A stretch of 64,000 nucleotides of DNA from an uncultured Clostridia bacterium (GCA_934149275.1 CAKPEG010000007.1:24-64023); one strand, 5' to 3'; positions 39,627 through 49,189 are shown, counted from the stretch's first letter. A program made the numbers and translations. The notes: a model not told the origin generated them from the sequence alone.

Positions 39627-40541
39627 ATGATAAATACTAAAATAAAAGGTAATATAAAAAATAGAAAAGAGCTTGAAAGAATTGTGCAGAACAATACAGT
39701 TTTGCACAGTTACTTATTCTTAGGCGAAAATGGAATAGGAAAAAAAGAAATAGCAAAAGAATTTGCAAAGCAAATATTATGTTTAGCACATAAAGATAAA
39801 TGCGATTGTAAATCATGCATTTGCTTTGAAACAGATAATCATCCAGACTTTCAATTAATAAACAATGAAGGAGAAACAATAAAAATAAGCACAATAAGAG
39901 AAATGATTTCAACTGTTTATGAAAAGCCTATTTTATCAAAGAAAAAAATTTACATTATAAATGATGCAGATAAAATGACAAAAGAAGCTCAAAATAGCTT
40001 ACTTAAAACATTAGAAGAACCACCTGAATATATAATAATTATATTAATTGCCTCAAATACAGATATGCTATTAAATACAATCAAATCTAGATGTACAAAA
40101 ATTATCTTTGAAAAATTAACAACACAAGAGCTTAAAGACGCATTAGAACCAAAAACAAATTTAGATGAGAATATTTCTGAAAAAATGTTCGAATTTTTTG
40201 ATGGTAGTGTGGGAAAAGCAATAAAAATACTAGAGAAAAAAGAGATTTATGACGCATTAGATAAATTTATAGAAACAATAGAAAAAACAAACAAAATAGA
40301 TTTTTTAACAAAAACAAAAGAAATATTTGATAAAGAAGAAATTTATGGAATGCTAGAATACTGCATGGTATCACTATTTTATATTGGAAAAAAAGAAAAT
40401 AATATAAAATATTTAAACTGCGTAAACTACATACAAGAAACAATAAATCATCTAAAATCAAATAGTAATTATGACATGAGTATTGATTATATGCTATTCA
40501 AAATATGGGAGGAAGTAAATGAAAACAATAGTAGGCGTTAA
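39627..40541 (+). CDS. holB: DNA polymerase III delta-prime subunit
   Basis: HSYLFLGENGIGKKEIAKEFAKQILC, Cys cluster CDCKSC, SRC-like IKSRC motif. Confidence 0.88.
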   Translation: MINTKIKGNIKNRKELERIVQNNTVLHSYLFLGENGIGKKEIAKEFAKQILCLAHKDKCDCKSCICFETDNHPDFQLINNEGETIKISTIREMISTVYEKPILSKKKIYIINDADKMTKEAQNSLLKTLEEPPEYIIIILIASNTDMLLNTIKSRCTKIIFEKLTTQELKDALEPKTNLDENISEKMFEFFDGSVGKAIKILEKKEIYDALDKFIETIEKTNKIDFLTKTKEIFDKEEIYGMLEYCMVSLFYIGKKENNIKYLNCVNYIQETINHLKSNSNYDMSIDYMLFKIWEEVNENNSRR

Positions 40542-41439
40542 ATTTAAAAAGCCAGGCAAAATGTATTATTTTGATCCACAAGATTTAGAATTAGAAGTGG
40601 GAACAAAAGTAATCGTAGAAACAGCTCTTGGTGATGAATATGGCGAAATAATGATAGGCAATAAAGAAATAAAAGAAGAGAACATAACTAGCCCACTAAA
40701 GAAAGTTATAAGAATTGCAACAGATAAAGACACAAAATCATATGAAGAATATAAGAAAAAAGAACCAGATGCATTAAAAAAATGTCAAGAAAAAATAGAA
40801 AAGCATGGATTAGATATGAAACTAGTTGATGCAGAATATAAATTTGATGGAAGTAAACTTATTTTTTATTTTACTGCAGATGGAAGAATTGACTTTAGAG
40901 AACTAGTAAAAGACTTAGCGTCCGTATTTAGAACAAGAATAGAATTGAGACAAATCGGAGTAAGAGATGAGATAAGACGTATTGGCGGAAATGGCCCATG
41001 TGGAAGAGAATTGTGTTGTTGTTCTTTCCTTGGAAATTTTGAAACAGTATCAATAAAAATGGCAAAAGAACAAAACATATCACTAAATCCATCCAAGATA
41101 TCGGGATGTTGCGGAAGACTAATGTGTTGCTTAAAATATGAGCAAAATGTATATGAAGAAAAATTAAGCAGACTACCTAAAATAGGAGCAATAGTAAAAA
41201 CAGAAGAAGGAACAGGTGAAGTTTGCGGAATAGAAACACTTAAAGAAATAATTAAAGTTAAACTAAATGACGGAGAAGAAACATATTATAAAAGGTTTAA
41301 TGCAAAAGATATTAAAATAATAAAAGATGCAGAAGATGAAGGAAAACTAGATGTCGAAAATCAAGAGGATTTAAAAGAACTTGAAAAATTAGAAAAACTT
41401 GAAGAAATGGATAGTAAAAATTCAAATGATGACATATAG
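40519..41439 (+). CDS. ricT: PSP1-domain protein RicT/YaaT (stage 0 sporulation / RNA-processing regulator)
   Basis: VGVKFKKPGKMYYFDP..., Cys-rich GGNGPCGRELCCCSF...CCGRLMCCLKYE. It overlaps holB by 23 nt, as is typical for holB-yaaT. Confidence 0.9.
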   Translation: MKTIVGVKFKKPGKMYYFDPQDLELEVGTKVIVETALGDEYGEIMIGNKEIKEENITSPLKKVIRIATDKDTKSYEEYKKKEPDALKKCQEKIEKHGLDMKLVDAEYKFDGSKLIFYFTADGRIDFRELVKDLASVFRTRIELRQIGVRDEIRRIGGNGPCGRELCCCSFLGNFETVSIKMAKEQNISLNPSKISGCCGRLMCCLKYEQNVYEEKLSRLPKIGAIVKTEEGTGEVCGIETLKEIIKVKLNDGEETYYKRFNAKDIKIIKDAEDEGKLDVENQEDLKELEKLEKLEEMDSKNSNDDI

Positions 41440-41458
41440 TGAAATTGAGGAGAAAAAA

Positions 41459-42730
41459 ATGAAAACATTAATTAAAAATGCAACATTATTAGATATGGTA
41501 GATGATGTGCCAAATATCAGAAAAACAGATATATTAATAGAAGATAAAAAAATAGCTAAAATTGAAGAAGGAATAGAAGATGATCGAGCACAAGTAATAG
41601 ATGCCAAAGAAAAAGTCGTTATGCCAGGATTAGTAAACACTCATACACATTTGGCAATGAGCATTTTTAGAGGATATAAAGATGATCAAAAATTAATGGA
41701 TTGGTTAGAAAATGCAATCTTTCCAGTAGAAGACAGGTTAAGACCAGAAGATATATATTGGAATTCATTTTTATCATGCATAGAATTAATAAAATCAGGA
41801 ACTACAACGTTTAATGATATGTATTTTAGAATGGATAAAACAATAGAGGCAGTTGAAGAATCAGGATTAAGAGGAGTGATTGCGTGGTGTATAACAGATA
41901 CATCAATAAAAGACAAAATAACAAGAACAAGAGAGTACCACGAGAAATATAATTATCCAGATAGCAAAATAAAAATATACGTATCAGCACACGCACCATA
42001 TTCGTGTAGTCCTGATACAATACAACTATGTGTTGATTTAGCTAAAGAACTAAATACAGGAATACACATTCATTTATCTGAAACTCTACAAGAAGACAAA
42101 ATAATAAGAGAAAGATATAATAAGACAGGTACAGAATATTTAAATGATTTACACGTATTTGACGTTCCAGTAGTATTAGCACATGGTATATATATTTCAG
42201 ACAGCGATTTAGAAATTTTAAAGAAAATAAAAGGTGGAATTTCACACAATCCAATCAGCAATTGTAAACTATCATCAGGAATATGCGATGTTACAAAACT
42301 TAGAAAAAATGGAATAAATGTTGGAATAGGAACAGACGGAATTGGAAGTACAACAACATTAGACATGTTCGAAGAAATGAAAACAGCAGCTTATCTGCAA
42401 AAAATTAATACAATGGAACCAACATCAATCAAAGCATATGATATTTTAAAAATGGCTACAATAGAAGGAGCACGAGTATTAGGATTAGATGACGAAATAG
42501 GAACAATAGAAGTGGGGAAAAAAGCTGACTTAATATTTATAAATACAAACAAAACGCATTTATATCCAGAAAATGACCTATGTACAAACCTAGTATACTC
42601 AGCAAACGGAGCCGACGTAGACACAGTAATAATTGACGGAAAATTAATAATGCAAAACAGAAAACTATTAAACATAAATGAAAAACAAGTCAAAAAAAAT
42701 ATTGCAAAAGTAGTAAAAAGACTGTTATAA
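41459..42730 (+). CDS. mtaD: Amidohydrolase, 5-methylthioadenosine/S-adenosylhomocysteine deaminase-like
   Basis: MPGLVNTHTHLAMSIFRG, HLSET, GTDG motifs. ATG 41459 follows GGAGAAAAAA. The track ORF starts upstream at 41399. Confidence 0.85.
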   Translation: MKTLIKNATLLDMVDDVPNIRKTDILIEDKKIAKIEEGIEDDRAQVIDAKEKVVMPGLVNTHTHLAMSIFRGYKDDQKLMDWLENAIFPVEDRLRPEDIYWNSFLSCIELIKSGTTTFNDMYFRMDKTIEAVEESGLRGVIAWCITDTSIKDKITRTREYHEKYNYPDSKIKIYVSAHAPYSCSPDTIQLCVDLAKELNTGIHIHLSETLQEDKIIRERYNKTGTEYLNDLHVFDVPVVLAHGIYISDSDLEILKKIKGGISHNPISNCKLSSGICDVTKLRKNGINVGIGTDGIGSTTTLDMFEEMKTAAYLQKINTMEPTSIKAYDILKMATIEGARVLGLDDEIGTIEVGKKADLIFINTNKTHLYPENDLCTNLVYSANGADVDTVIIDGKLIMQNRKLLNINEKQVKKNIAKVVKRLL

Positions 42731-42761
42731 TATAAATAATTTGAAGGGAGGGATATGTAAA

Positions 42762-42932
42762 ATGGCATATAAAATTACAGACAAATGTATAAGCTGTGGA
42801 GCATGCGCAGGAGCTTGCCCAGTAGGATGCATATCACAAGGAAATGAACACTACGAAATAAACAAAGAAGCATGCATAGAATGCGGAACATGCGAAGGTG
42901 TATGTCCAGTAGGAGCACCAGAAGCTGAATAA
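42762..42932 (+). CDS. 2x[4Fe-4S] clostridial-type ferredoxin (56 aa)
   Basis: MAYKITDKCISCGACAGACPVGCI...CIECGTCEGVCPVGAP carries two CxxCxxCxxxCP motifs. Confidence 0.93.
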   Translation: MAYKITDKCISCGACAGACPVGCISQGNEHYEINKEACIECGTCEGVCPVGAPEAE

Positions 42933-42948
42933 TTAAAAAATAAAATAA

Positions 42949-42975
42949 ACGGCTACAAAATTAGCCGTATTTTTA
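42949..42975 (+). terminator. Rho-independent terminator after ferredoxin
   Basis: ACGGCTA / TAGCCGT stem followed by ATTTTT. Confidence 0.7.
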
Positions 42976-42979
42976 TTAC

Positions 42980-43003
42980 AAAAGAATATTATATTTAATT
43001 TTT
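42980..43003 (+). repeat. Solo family-A left arm
   Basis: AAAAGAATATTATATTTAATTTTT differs by 1 nt from the A2 left arm (43093-43116). No core or right arm follows it. Confidence 0.65.
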
Positions 43004-43025
43004 ATAACTGAATTAGTATATAAAG

Positions 43026-43080
43026 AAAATTTCATATTAGATTTTTGAATCACCACGCAGGGACCAAACGAGCAAAGCAG
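43026..43080 (+). repeat. Intergenic repeat family B, truncated copy B3 (left half only)
   Basis: AAAATTTCATATTAGATTTTTGAATCACCACGCAGGGACCAAACGAGCAAAGCAG aligns with B1 6399-6452. No right half is present. Confidence 0.75.
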
Positions 43081-43092
43081 ATTATGCAAAAG

Positions 43093-43218
43093 AAAAGAAT
43101 ATTATACTTAATTTTTAGTGACGCGCAGTTTGAAAGTTTTTACTTAGCCTACTAAACGAAGTTTAGTAGGCGGTAAAATCTTTTAGCAAGGAACAAAAAT
43201 TAAGCATAATATTCTTTT
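43093..43218 (+). repeat. Intergenic repeat family A, copy A2
   Basis: Arms AAAAGAATATTATACTTAATTTTT / AAAAATTAAGCATAATATTCTTTT (1 mismatch). The core has 4 differences from A1 over about 72 nt. Apical hairpin GCCTACTAAAC-GAA-GTTTAGTAGGC. Confidence 0.85.
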
Positions 43219-43371
43219 TTATTAAAATTTGTACATAACGAAAATTTTGTATTGACAATATTATGAAACTTAATGTATAATAAATGACATCGGAGATATA
43301 CATACAACCGATAAGATAAGAAAAAAGTAATCCCACAAGATGGTGTTAAGCTTCGGAAGGAGGGAGATAAA

Positions 43372-43542
43372 ATGTCAGAGATTAAAGTTAATAATGGTAA
43401 TATAGAAGATGCTCTAAAAAGATTTAAGAGACAATGTGCTAGAAATGGAGTATTACAAGAAGTAAGAAAAAGAGAGCATTATGAAAAGCCAAGTGTAAAG
43501 AGAAAGAAAAAATCCGAGGCTGCAAGAAAAAGAAAATTTTAA
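43372..43542 (+). CDS. rpsU: 30S ribosomal protein S21 (56 aa; below the ORF-track size cut-off)
   Basis: [71 protein letters not shown]. Confidence 0.93.
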   Translation: MSEIKVNNGNIEDALKRFKRQCARNGVLQEVRKREHYEKPSVKRKKKSEAARKRKF

Positions 43543-43550
43543 AAAATTAG

Positions 43551-43576
43551 GGACACGTGTAACACGTGTCCTTTTA
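43551..43576 (+). terminator. Rho-independent terminator after rpsU
   Basis: GGACACG / CGTGTCC stem followed by TTTT. Confidence 0.75.
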
Positions 43577-43742
43577 ATATCTAAAGAAAAGTAAGATGAA
43601 AACATAAAAGAATAAAATAGGCTAGATAGACAAAAAGAAAAGCTTATAAACAAACTTCAAGCACAATCAAAAACATTGTGAAAAATATTTAAATATGATA
43701 TTATCTTTAAATAGAAAAGAGAATTGAAAGGAAGGAAATAAA

Positions 43743-44180
43743 ATGAAAAAAAGATTATTAGAAGATTTAAAAGAAGCTATGAAAGAGAAAAATGAAATAA
43801 AGAAAAACGCTATTCAAATGACAAGAGCAGGAATATTACAAATTGAAAAAGACAAAGGAATAGAATTAACAGATGAGCAAATTGTTGAATTAATTGCAAA
43901 AGAAGTAAAAAAGAGAAAGGACTCAATTGCAGATTATGAAAAAGGTGGAAGAGAAGATTTGGTAAATCAAATAAAAGAGGAAATAAGTTATTTAGAAGTA
44001 TATTTGCCTAAACAATTAACAAAAGAAGAAATTGCTAAAATAGTAAAAGAAGTAATTGAAGAAACAGGAGCTACTTCAATGAAAGATATGGGAAAAGTTA
44101 TGAAATCAGCAAAAGAAAAAATTGGAGCTCAAGCAGATGGAAGAACTATAAATGAAGTTGTAAAAGAACTATTAGCATAA
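43743..44180 (+). CDS. yqeY: GatB/YqeY domain protein
   Basis: LLEDLKEAMKEKNEIKKNAIQMTRAGILQIEKDKG... The rpsU-yqeY linkage is typical of Firmicutes. Confidence 0.88.
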   Translation: MKKRLLEDLKEAMKEKNEIKKNAIQMTRAGILQIEKDKGIELTDEQIVELIAKEVKKRKDSIADYEKGGREDLVNQIKEEISYLEVYLPKQLTKEEIAKIVKEVIEETGATSMKDMGKVMKSAKEKIGAQADGRTINEVVKELLA

Positions 44181-44226
44181 AAAAATCAAAATAGCAAATA
44201 CTAAATAAAAAACAAGGAGAAAATTT

Positions 44227-45528
44227 GTGGAATATTTAAAAAGAGAAATTAAGCAAGGAGTTACGCTCCATTTAATTAATAACAAAAATTTTAAAACTGA
44301 TTTTACAGTATTTTTCTTAAGCTTGCCACTAGAAAAAGAAACGATAACTAAAAATGCATTGTTACCAGCTGTTTTAAGAAGTGGTTGTAAAAAGTATCAA
44401 TCATATCAAAAAATTATTGAAGAATTAGAAATGCTATATGGAGCTGCTTTCGACTGCGGTGTAGATAAAACAGGTGATAACTTAGTCTTGAAATTCTTCA
44501 TTGAAAGTATAAATGATAATTATTTACCAAGCAAAAATAATAATTTAGAAAAAGTAATAAATATACTCACAGAAATAATATTTAATCCTCAAGTTCAAAA
44601 TGGAGCATTCAATGAAACAAAAGTTGAACTTGAAAAGAAAAATTTAGAAATGATAATAAATGCACAAAAGGATAATAAAGACTTTTATGCATATGATAAA
44701 TGCATAAAAACAATGTACAAAAATCAGGCTTATGGATTAAGTAAATATGGAGACAAAAAAGATCTATCAGCAATAAATAATAAGAATTTGTATGAACAAT
44801 ACAAGCAAATAATTGATACATGCAAAATAGATATAATTGTTAGTAGTGATTTTCAAGCAGAAGAAGTTGAAAAAATTATAAACAAAAATAAATTAATTCA
44901 AGCTATAAAGCCTAGAGAAGAAAAAATTAAAATTAATGATATAAAAAAAGAAATAAAAGACATAATAGAAAATCCAGAAGAAATAAAAGAAGAATTAGAT
45001 GTAACTCAAGGTAAACTTGTAATTGGATTAGACATACTACCAAACAGATTTGATGATTTTAGATATATAACAATAGTATATAATGCTATATTTGGTAATG
45101 GAGTTAGTTCAAAATTATTTCAAATTGTAAGAGAAAAAGAAAGTCTTGCATATACTACAAAATCAGAATATGTAGTGCAAAAAAATAATATTTTTATAAG
45201 ATGTGGAATCGAGTGTGATAAATATCAAAAAACATTAGACTTAATAAAGAAATTGTTAGATGATATGAAAAAAGGAGATTTTACAGACGAAGAAATAACC
45301 AAAGCTAAAGATTATATTTTGGCAGGAGTTGATTCAATAAGTGAAGAACAAGATTCACAAATATTATTTTTATTTGGACAGGAATTATCAAAAAGATCAA
45401 TAACAATAGATGAATACAAAGAAAAAATAAAAAATGTAACAAGAGACGAAATTATAGAAATCGCAAACAAAATTCAAATCAACACAATATATTTCTTGAG
45501 AAATGGAGGAGAAAATGCAGATAATTGA
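44227..45528 (+). CDS. M16-family peptidase-like protein, non-catalytic subunit (no HxxEH)
   Basis: Pitrilysin-like fold signatures (LAYTTKSEY, GIECDKY region) but no HxxEH zinc motif. GTG start after AAGGAG. Confidence 0.7.
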   Translation: MEYLKREIKQGVTLHLINNKNFKTDFTVFFLSLPLEKETITKNALLPAVLRSGCKKYQSYQKIIEELEMLYGAAFDCGVDKTGDNLVLKFFIESINDNYLPSKNNNLEKVINILTEIIFNPQVQNGAFNETKVELEKKNLEMIINAQKDNKDFYAYDKCIKTMYKNQAYGLSKYGDKKDLSAINNKNLYEQYKQIIDTCKIDIIVSSDFQAEEVEKIINKNKLIQAIKPREEKIKINDIKKEIKDIIENPEEIKEELDVTQGKLVIGLDILPNRFDDFRYITIVYNAIFGNGVSSKLFQIVREKESLAYTTKSEYVVQKNNIFIRCGIECDKYQKTLDLIKKLLDDMKKGDFTDEEITKAKDYILAGVDSISEEQDSQILFLFGQELSKRSITIDEYKEKIKNVTRDEIIEIANKIQINTIYFLRNGGENADN

Positions 45529-46795
45529 AAATAAAATATTAAAAGAAAAAGTTTATATAGAAAAATTAGAAACTGGACTAACAATTATGTGCATTCCAAA
45601 AGAAAATACAAGAAAAAAATATGCCGTTTTTTCAGTAGAATATGGTTCAAATGATAATGAATTTATTGTGGACGGAGAAAGTGAAAAAACTGTAATTCCA
45701 GATGGTGTAGCACATTTTTTGGAACATAAATTATTTGAACAAGAAAATGGAACAAATAGCTTAGATGTATTGTCATCACTTGGAGTCGAAGCAAATGCAT
45801 ACACAACAAATGATCATACAGCATACTTATTTGAATGTACAAACAATTTTGAACCAGCCTTAGATGAATTATTAAAATACGTGCAAAATCCATATTTTAC
45901 AGATCAAAATGTAGAGAAGGAAAAAGGAATTATTTCACAAGAAATAAATATGTATGATGATGAACCTGAATGGAAAGCATATATAAATTGCATGAAAGGA
46001 CTATATCAAGTAAATCCAATAAGAATTGATGTAGCTGGAAGTGTAGAAAGTATACAAAAAATTAATAAAGAAATTTTATATAAGTGCTATAATAATTTTT
46101 ATGTTCAAAACAATATGATATTAGTTGTTTGCGGAAATTTTAGACCAGAAGAAATAATAGAAAAGATAAAAAGTAAAATAACATTATCACCTAAGAATAA
46201 GGCTAAGGTAGTAGAAACTAATGAGCCAGAAGAAATTAATCAAAAAGAAATTACAGTAAAAATGGATGTTTCTATGCCAATATTTGCATTTGGATATAAA
46301 TTAAAGCCAATAAAAGAAGATAAGGTCAAAGTAAGTTTAAGTCTTGAAATAATACTAGAAATATTATTTGGAAAAAGTTCAGAGGGCTACAAAGAATTAT
46401 ATGAAAAGGGTTTAATATTCGAAAATGTATCAGCAGTATATGAATATGCAAGAGATTATGCACATATATTGATTCAAGGAAAAACAAATAATTTAAAAGA
46501 AACCAAGAAAATAATAGAAGAAAAAATAGAAAAATATAAAAATAATGGAATAAGTGATGATGAATTTGAAAGAGCCAAAAGGAAAATATATGGACAATAT
46601 GTTAGAGAATATAATGATGTATCAATAATATCTATTATGTCAATTTCTAATTATTTCAGAAAAATAAAACCATTTGAGAATATAGAAAACTATAATCTCG
46701 TAACAAAAGAATATGTAGAAACAACATTAAAAGAGGTTCTAAAAAAAGAAAAGATGGTCGAATCTTATATCATTCCCCAAAATAGCAATGAATAA
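45503..46795 (+). CDS. M16-family zinc peptidase (catalytic subunit, HxxEH present)
   Basis: GVAHFLEHKLFE inverted zinc motif. It overlaps the upstream paralogue. An alternative start is ATG 45515 after GGAGGAG. Confidence 0.8.
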   Translation: MEEKMQIIENKILKEKVYIEKLETGLTIMCIPKENTRKKYAVFSVEYGSNDNEFIVDGESEKTVIPDGVAHFLEHKLFEQENGTNSLDVLSSLGVEANAYTTNDHTAYLFECTNNFEPALDELLKYVQNPYFTDQNVEKEKGIISQEINMYDDEPEWKAYINCMKGLYQVNPIRIDVAGSVESIQKINKEILYKCYNNFYVQNNMILVVCGNFRPEEIIEKIKSKITLSPKNKAKVVETNEPEEINQKEITVKMDVSMPIFAFGYKLKPIKEDKVKVSLSLEIILEILFGKSSEGYKELYEKGLIFENVSAVYEYARDYAHILIQGKTNNLKETKKIIEEKIEKYKNNGISDDEFERAKRKIYGQYVREYNDVSIISIMSISNYFRKIKPFENIENYNLVTKEYVETTLKEVLKKEKMVESYIIPQNSNE

Positions 46796-46937
46796 TTGAA
46801 AAAAGAAAAGAATTTTGGCAGTTTTTGTCGAACGAAAAAGGCGACAAATTAAGAAAAAAAGTTGACTATGATGTAAAAATATGGTATTTTATAAACGAAT
46901 AAAACAATACTTTTGTAGAATAAAAGGAGTGATTGTC

Positions 46938-47075
46938 ATGATAGATGAAAAAATTTGTGAATTAAGGGAAGAACTAAATAGAAGCATCCAAAATGGCGAA
47001 GATTATGATACTATATATACAATAAGTATAAGATTAGACAACTTAATAGCTGAATATTACAAAAACATAGGATAA
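46938..47075 (+). CDS. Spo0E-family aspartyl-phosphate phosphatase-like small protein (45 aa)
   Basis: MIDEKICELREELNRSIQNGEDYDTIYTISIRLDNLIAEYYKN fits the Spo0E pattern I..LR..L.....(S)..LD.LI.(E)YY. ATG follows AAAGGAG. Confidence 0.7.
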   Translation: MIDEKICELREELNRSIQNGEDYDTIYTISIRLDNLIAEYYKNIG

Positions 47076-47099
47076 ACATAGCAATAATAGGAGGAGTAA

Positions 47100-47738
47100 A
47101 TGTTCGAATTAGATGGAATAAATGTATTAAAACATAGTAGCATAAAAATAAAAAAAGAAAAAATAATTTATATTGATCCATATCAAATTGATATTCCGGC
47201 ACATGATGCAGATTTGATACTTTGCACGCATTCTCATTATGATCATTTTTCACCAGATGATATAAAAGCAGTGGCGAAAGAAGATACTGTTTTAATAACA
47301 ACAGAAGATTGCCAAAGTGAAATAAGCAAAACAGGAATATTTGAAGAAAATGTACATTATTGCAAACCTTATGAAAGTTTTAATTTCGAAGGAATTATTA
47401 TTGAAACCATACCAGCATATAATAAAAATAAAGAATACCACCCAAAAGATAAAGAATGGGTAGGATATTTAATAGATATTGACAACATTAGATATTATAT
47501 AGCTGGGGATACAGATAAAACAAAAGAGGCATGTGCAGTAAAATGTGATGTAGCATTTTTACCAGTTGGAGGAACATATACAATGAATTATGTTGAGGCA
47601 GCAGATTTAGCAAGAAAAATATCACCTAAGTATGTTATTCCAACTCACTATGGATTAATAGTAGGAGAGCCAGAAGATGGTATATTATTTAAAGAACTAA
47701 TAGATAGTAGCAATACAAAATGTGAAATATATTATTAA
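47100..47738 (+). CDS. MBL-fold metallo-hydrolase
   Basis: DLILCTHSHYDH motif, about 212 aa. Confidence 0.8.
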   Translation: MFELDGINVLKHSSIKIKKEKIIYIDPYQIDIPAHDADLILCTHSHYDHFSPDDIKAVAKEDTVLITTEDCQSEISKTGIFEENVHYCKPYESFNFEGIIIETIPAYNKNKEYHPKDKEWVGYLIDIDNIRYYIAGDTDKTKEACAVKCDVAFLPVGGTYTMNYVEAADLARKISPKYVIPTHYGLIVGEPEDGILFKELIDSSNTKCEIYY

Positions 47739-47778
47739 AAGTAACATAAAAAATCATCTTTAATATTATATATTAGAG

Positions 47779-48453
47779 GTGATTTTTTTGGCTAAAATAT
47801 TAGTATATAACAATCAAACAAACAGAATGGAAACATATTACAGAGGAGAGGCAGAGCCAATGCCTTATAATCAAGGTACATTAAGAGTAAGAGAATTCAG
47901 AGGTTCAAGTGAAAGCAATTTATTATGGACAGACAAAAGAACAATGCAAAGTTGGAATAATTTTAGAACTTTATATGGAAGACCAATATATGTCGGATTT
48001 GCATTCAAGAGATGCTGGGAAGGTGGTCATGGCATTCTATCTCAACACTATGCAGGTGTTGCTTTTGATGTTGGTCAGAATTTAAGTGAAAGCTCAAGAA
48101 ATTATATGAGAAATTTAGCAAAAGCATCAGGATACTGGAGATATGTAGAACCAGCGGCAGATACTCCAAGATGGGTACATTTTGACAATAGGTGGATTGC
48201 AAGTGGATATCCGTTAACTCAATTCGGAAGTAGAGGTGTATATGTATTAATAGCGCAAGATGCACTAAACACTTTAGGATTAGGAACAGGTGGATTAGAT
48301 GGAATATTTGGAAGAAGAACAAAAGAAGCAGTCATAACATTTCAAGGAAATAATGGATTATCGCAAGACGGACAAATAGGAAACATTACATGGAACAGTT
48401 TAATGACACAAGTAGTTGGAAAAGGAGCAAGCAATTCAACTATATTAGAATAA
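47779..48453 (+). CDS. LAS/M15-type zinc peptidase fused to a C-terminal peptidoglycan-binding (PG_binding_1) domain; cell-wall hydrolase, endolysin-like
   Basis: SQHYAGVAFD and WVHFD (H...D...H zinc ligands of M15 peptidases). C-terminal LGLGTGGLDGIFGRRTKEAVITFQGNNGLSQDGQIGNITW. The probable start is TTG 47788, 6 nt after AGAGGTG. Confidence 0.7.
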   Translation: MIFLAKILVYNNQTNRMETYYRGEAEPMPYNQGTLRVREFRGSSESNLLWTDKRTMQSWNNFRTLYGRPIYVGFAFKRCWEGGHGILSQHYAGVAFDVGQNLSESSRNYMRNLAKASGYWRYVEPAADTPRWVHFDNRWIASGYPLTQFGSRGVYVLIAQDALNTLGLGTGGLDGIFGRRTKEAVITFQGNNGLSQDGQIGNITWNSLMTQVVGKGASNSTILE

Positions 48454-48546
48454 ATGAAACAATACATTAAAATATCTATTATATAAAGATAAAAATTATA
48501 TAAAAATAATTATTTCTCAGTATAGTTTGGAGAAAATAAGTCAAAC

Positions 48547-48579
48547 TAAAAAGCCATCTGTGTTTTACCACAGATGACT
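48547..48579 (-). terminator. Rho-independent terminator of the GC-rich membrane-protein gene
   Basis: CATCTGTG / CACAGATG stem. An A-run on the + strand gives the U-tract on the - strand. Confidence 0.7.
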
Positions 48580-48592
48580 TTCTAGTTTTGTT

Positions 48593-48961
48593 TTAGATTA
48601 TCCGGAGAACTGTCCGGATAACCGGCGATAATCTTGGATCATGGCTATGCTGGTCACGGCGTACATACCTTAAGACAGGAGTCTTGATGAAGTATGTTGC
48701 TGCACCAGCGATAATCACTGCCAGTACTCTTGCGATAATCGCACTATATGGTGCCAACGTTTCAATAGCAACCATTCCGAGAACTGTTAGGAACATTGCA
48801 GTCCAAGCCATACGGCTATGCGTTCCAATGGCAAGAGCCACAAACGCAAAGACCAACAGTGCTCCAAAGGACAAGAGTGCCTGCATAGATGCTACAATAA
48901 AAGTAATAACACTAGTAACTAAACCAACTGAAGCAATGAATAAAAGTGAAAAGATTATCAT
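48593..48961 (-). CDS. Small (122 aa) 3-4 TM membrane protein with basic C-terminal tail; compositionally foreign gene
   Basis: Strong RBS AAGGAGG 5-6 nt upstream of ATG (minus strand) and its own terminator. Hydrophobic segments are followed by RYVRRDQHSHDPRLSPVIRTVLRII. G+C is 33/60 and 26/60 in lines 48601 and 48661, against 13/60 in line 49201. Confidence 0.75.
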   Translation of the reverse strand: MIIFSLLFIASVGLVTSVITFIVASMQALLSFGALLVFAFVALAIGTHSRMAWTAMFLTVLGMVAIETLAPYSAIIARVLAVIIAGAATYFIKTPVLRYVRRDQHSHDPRLSPVIRTVLRII

Positions 48962-49189
48962 AATCTACCTCCTTAAAAAAATGGTTTTATAGTAACTGCA
49001 TCTCCGTGATGAAAACATAGGAGATATCTAATATATAGATAAATTTATTATACCACAACTTAACATAAATGTAAAATTTTCATATTCATAGTAGAGATAA
49101 TGTTCTAAGAAAAAAGTAAAATTTGAAAAACCAAAAAGGTTATGATATATTAAAACATATAGTAATTTATAAAAGGAAAAAAGAGAAGC

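Noticed and set aside
48684-48992. Plus-strand 102-aa ORF overlapping the GC-rich membrane-protein gene
   Set aside because: It has no RBS. It runs through the minus-strand gene's RBS. The minus-strand frame has AAGGAGG-ATG, a terminator and a coherent TM profile. GC-rich DNA simply keeps both strands open.
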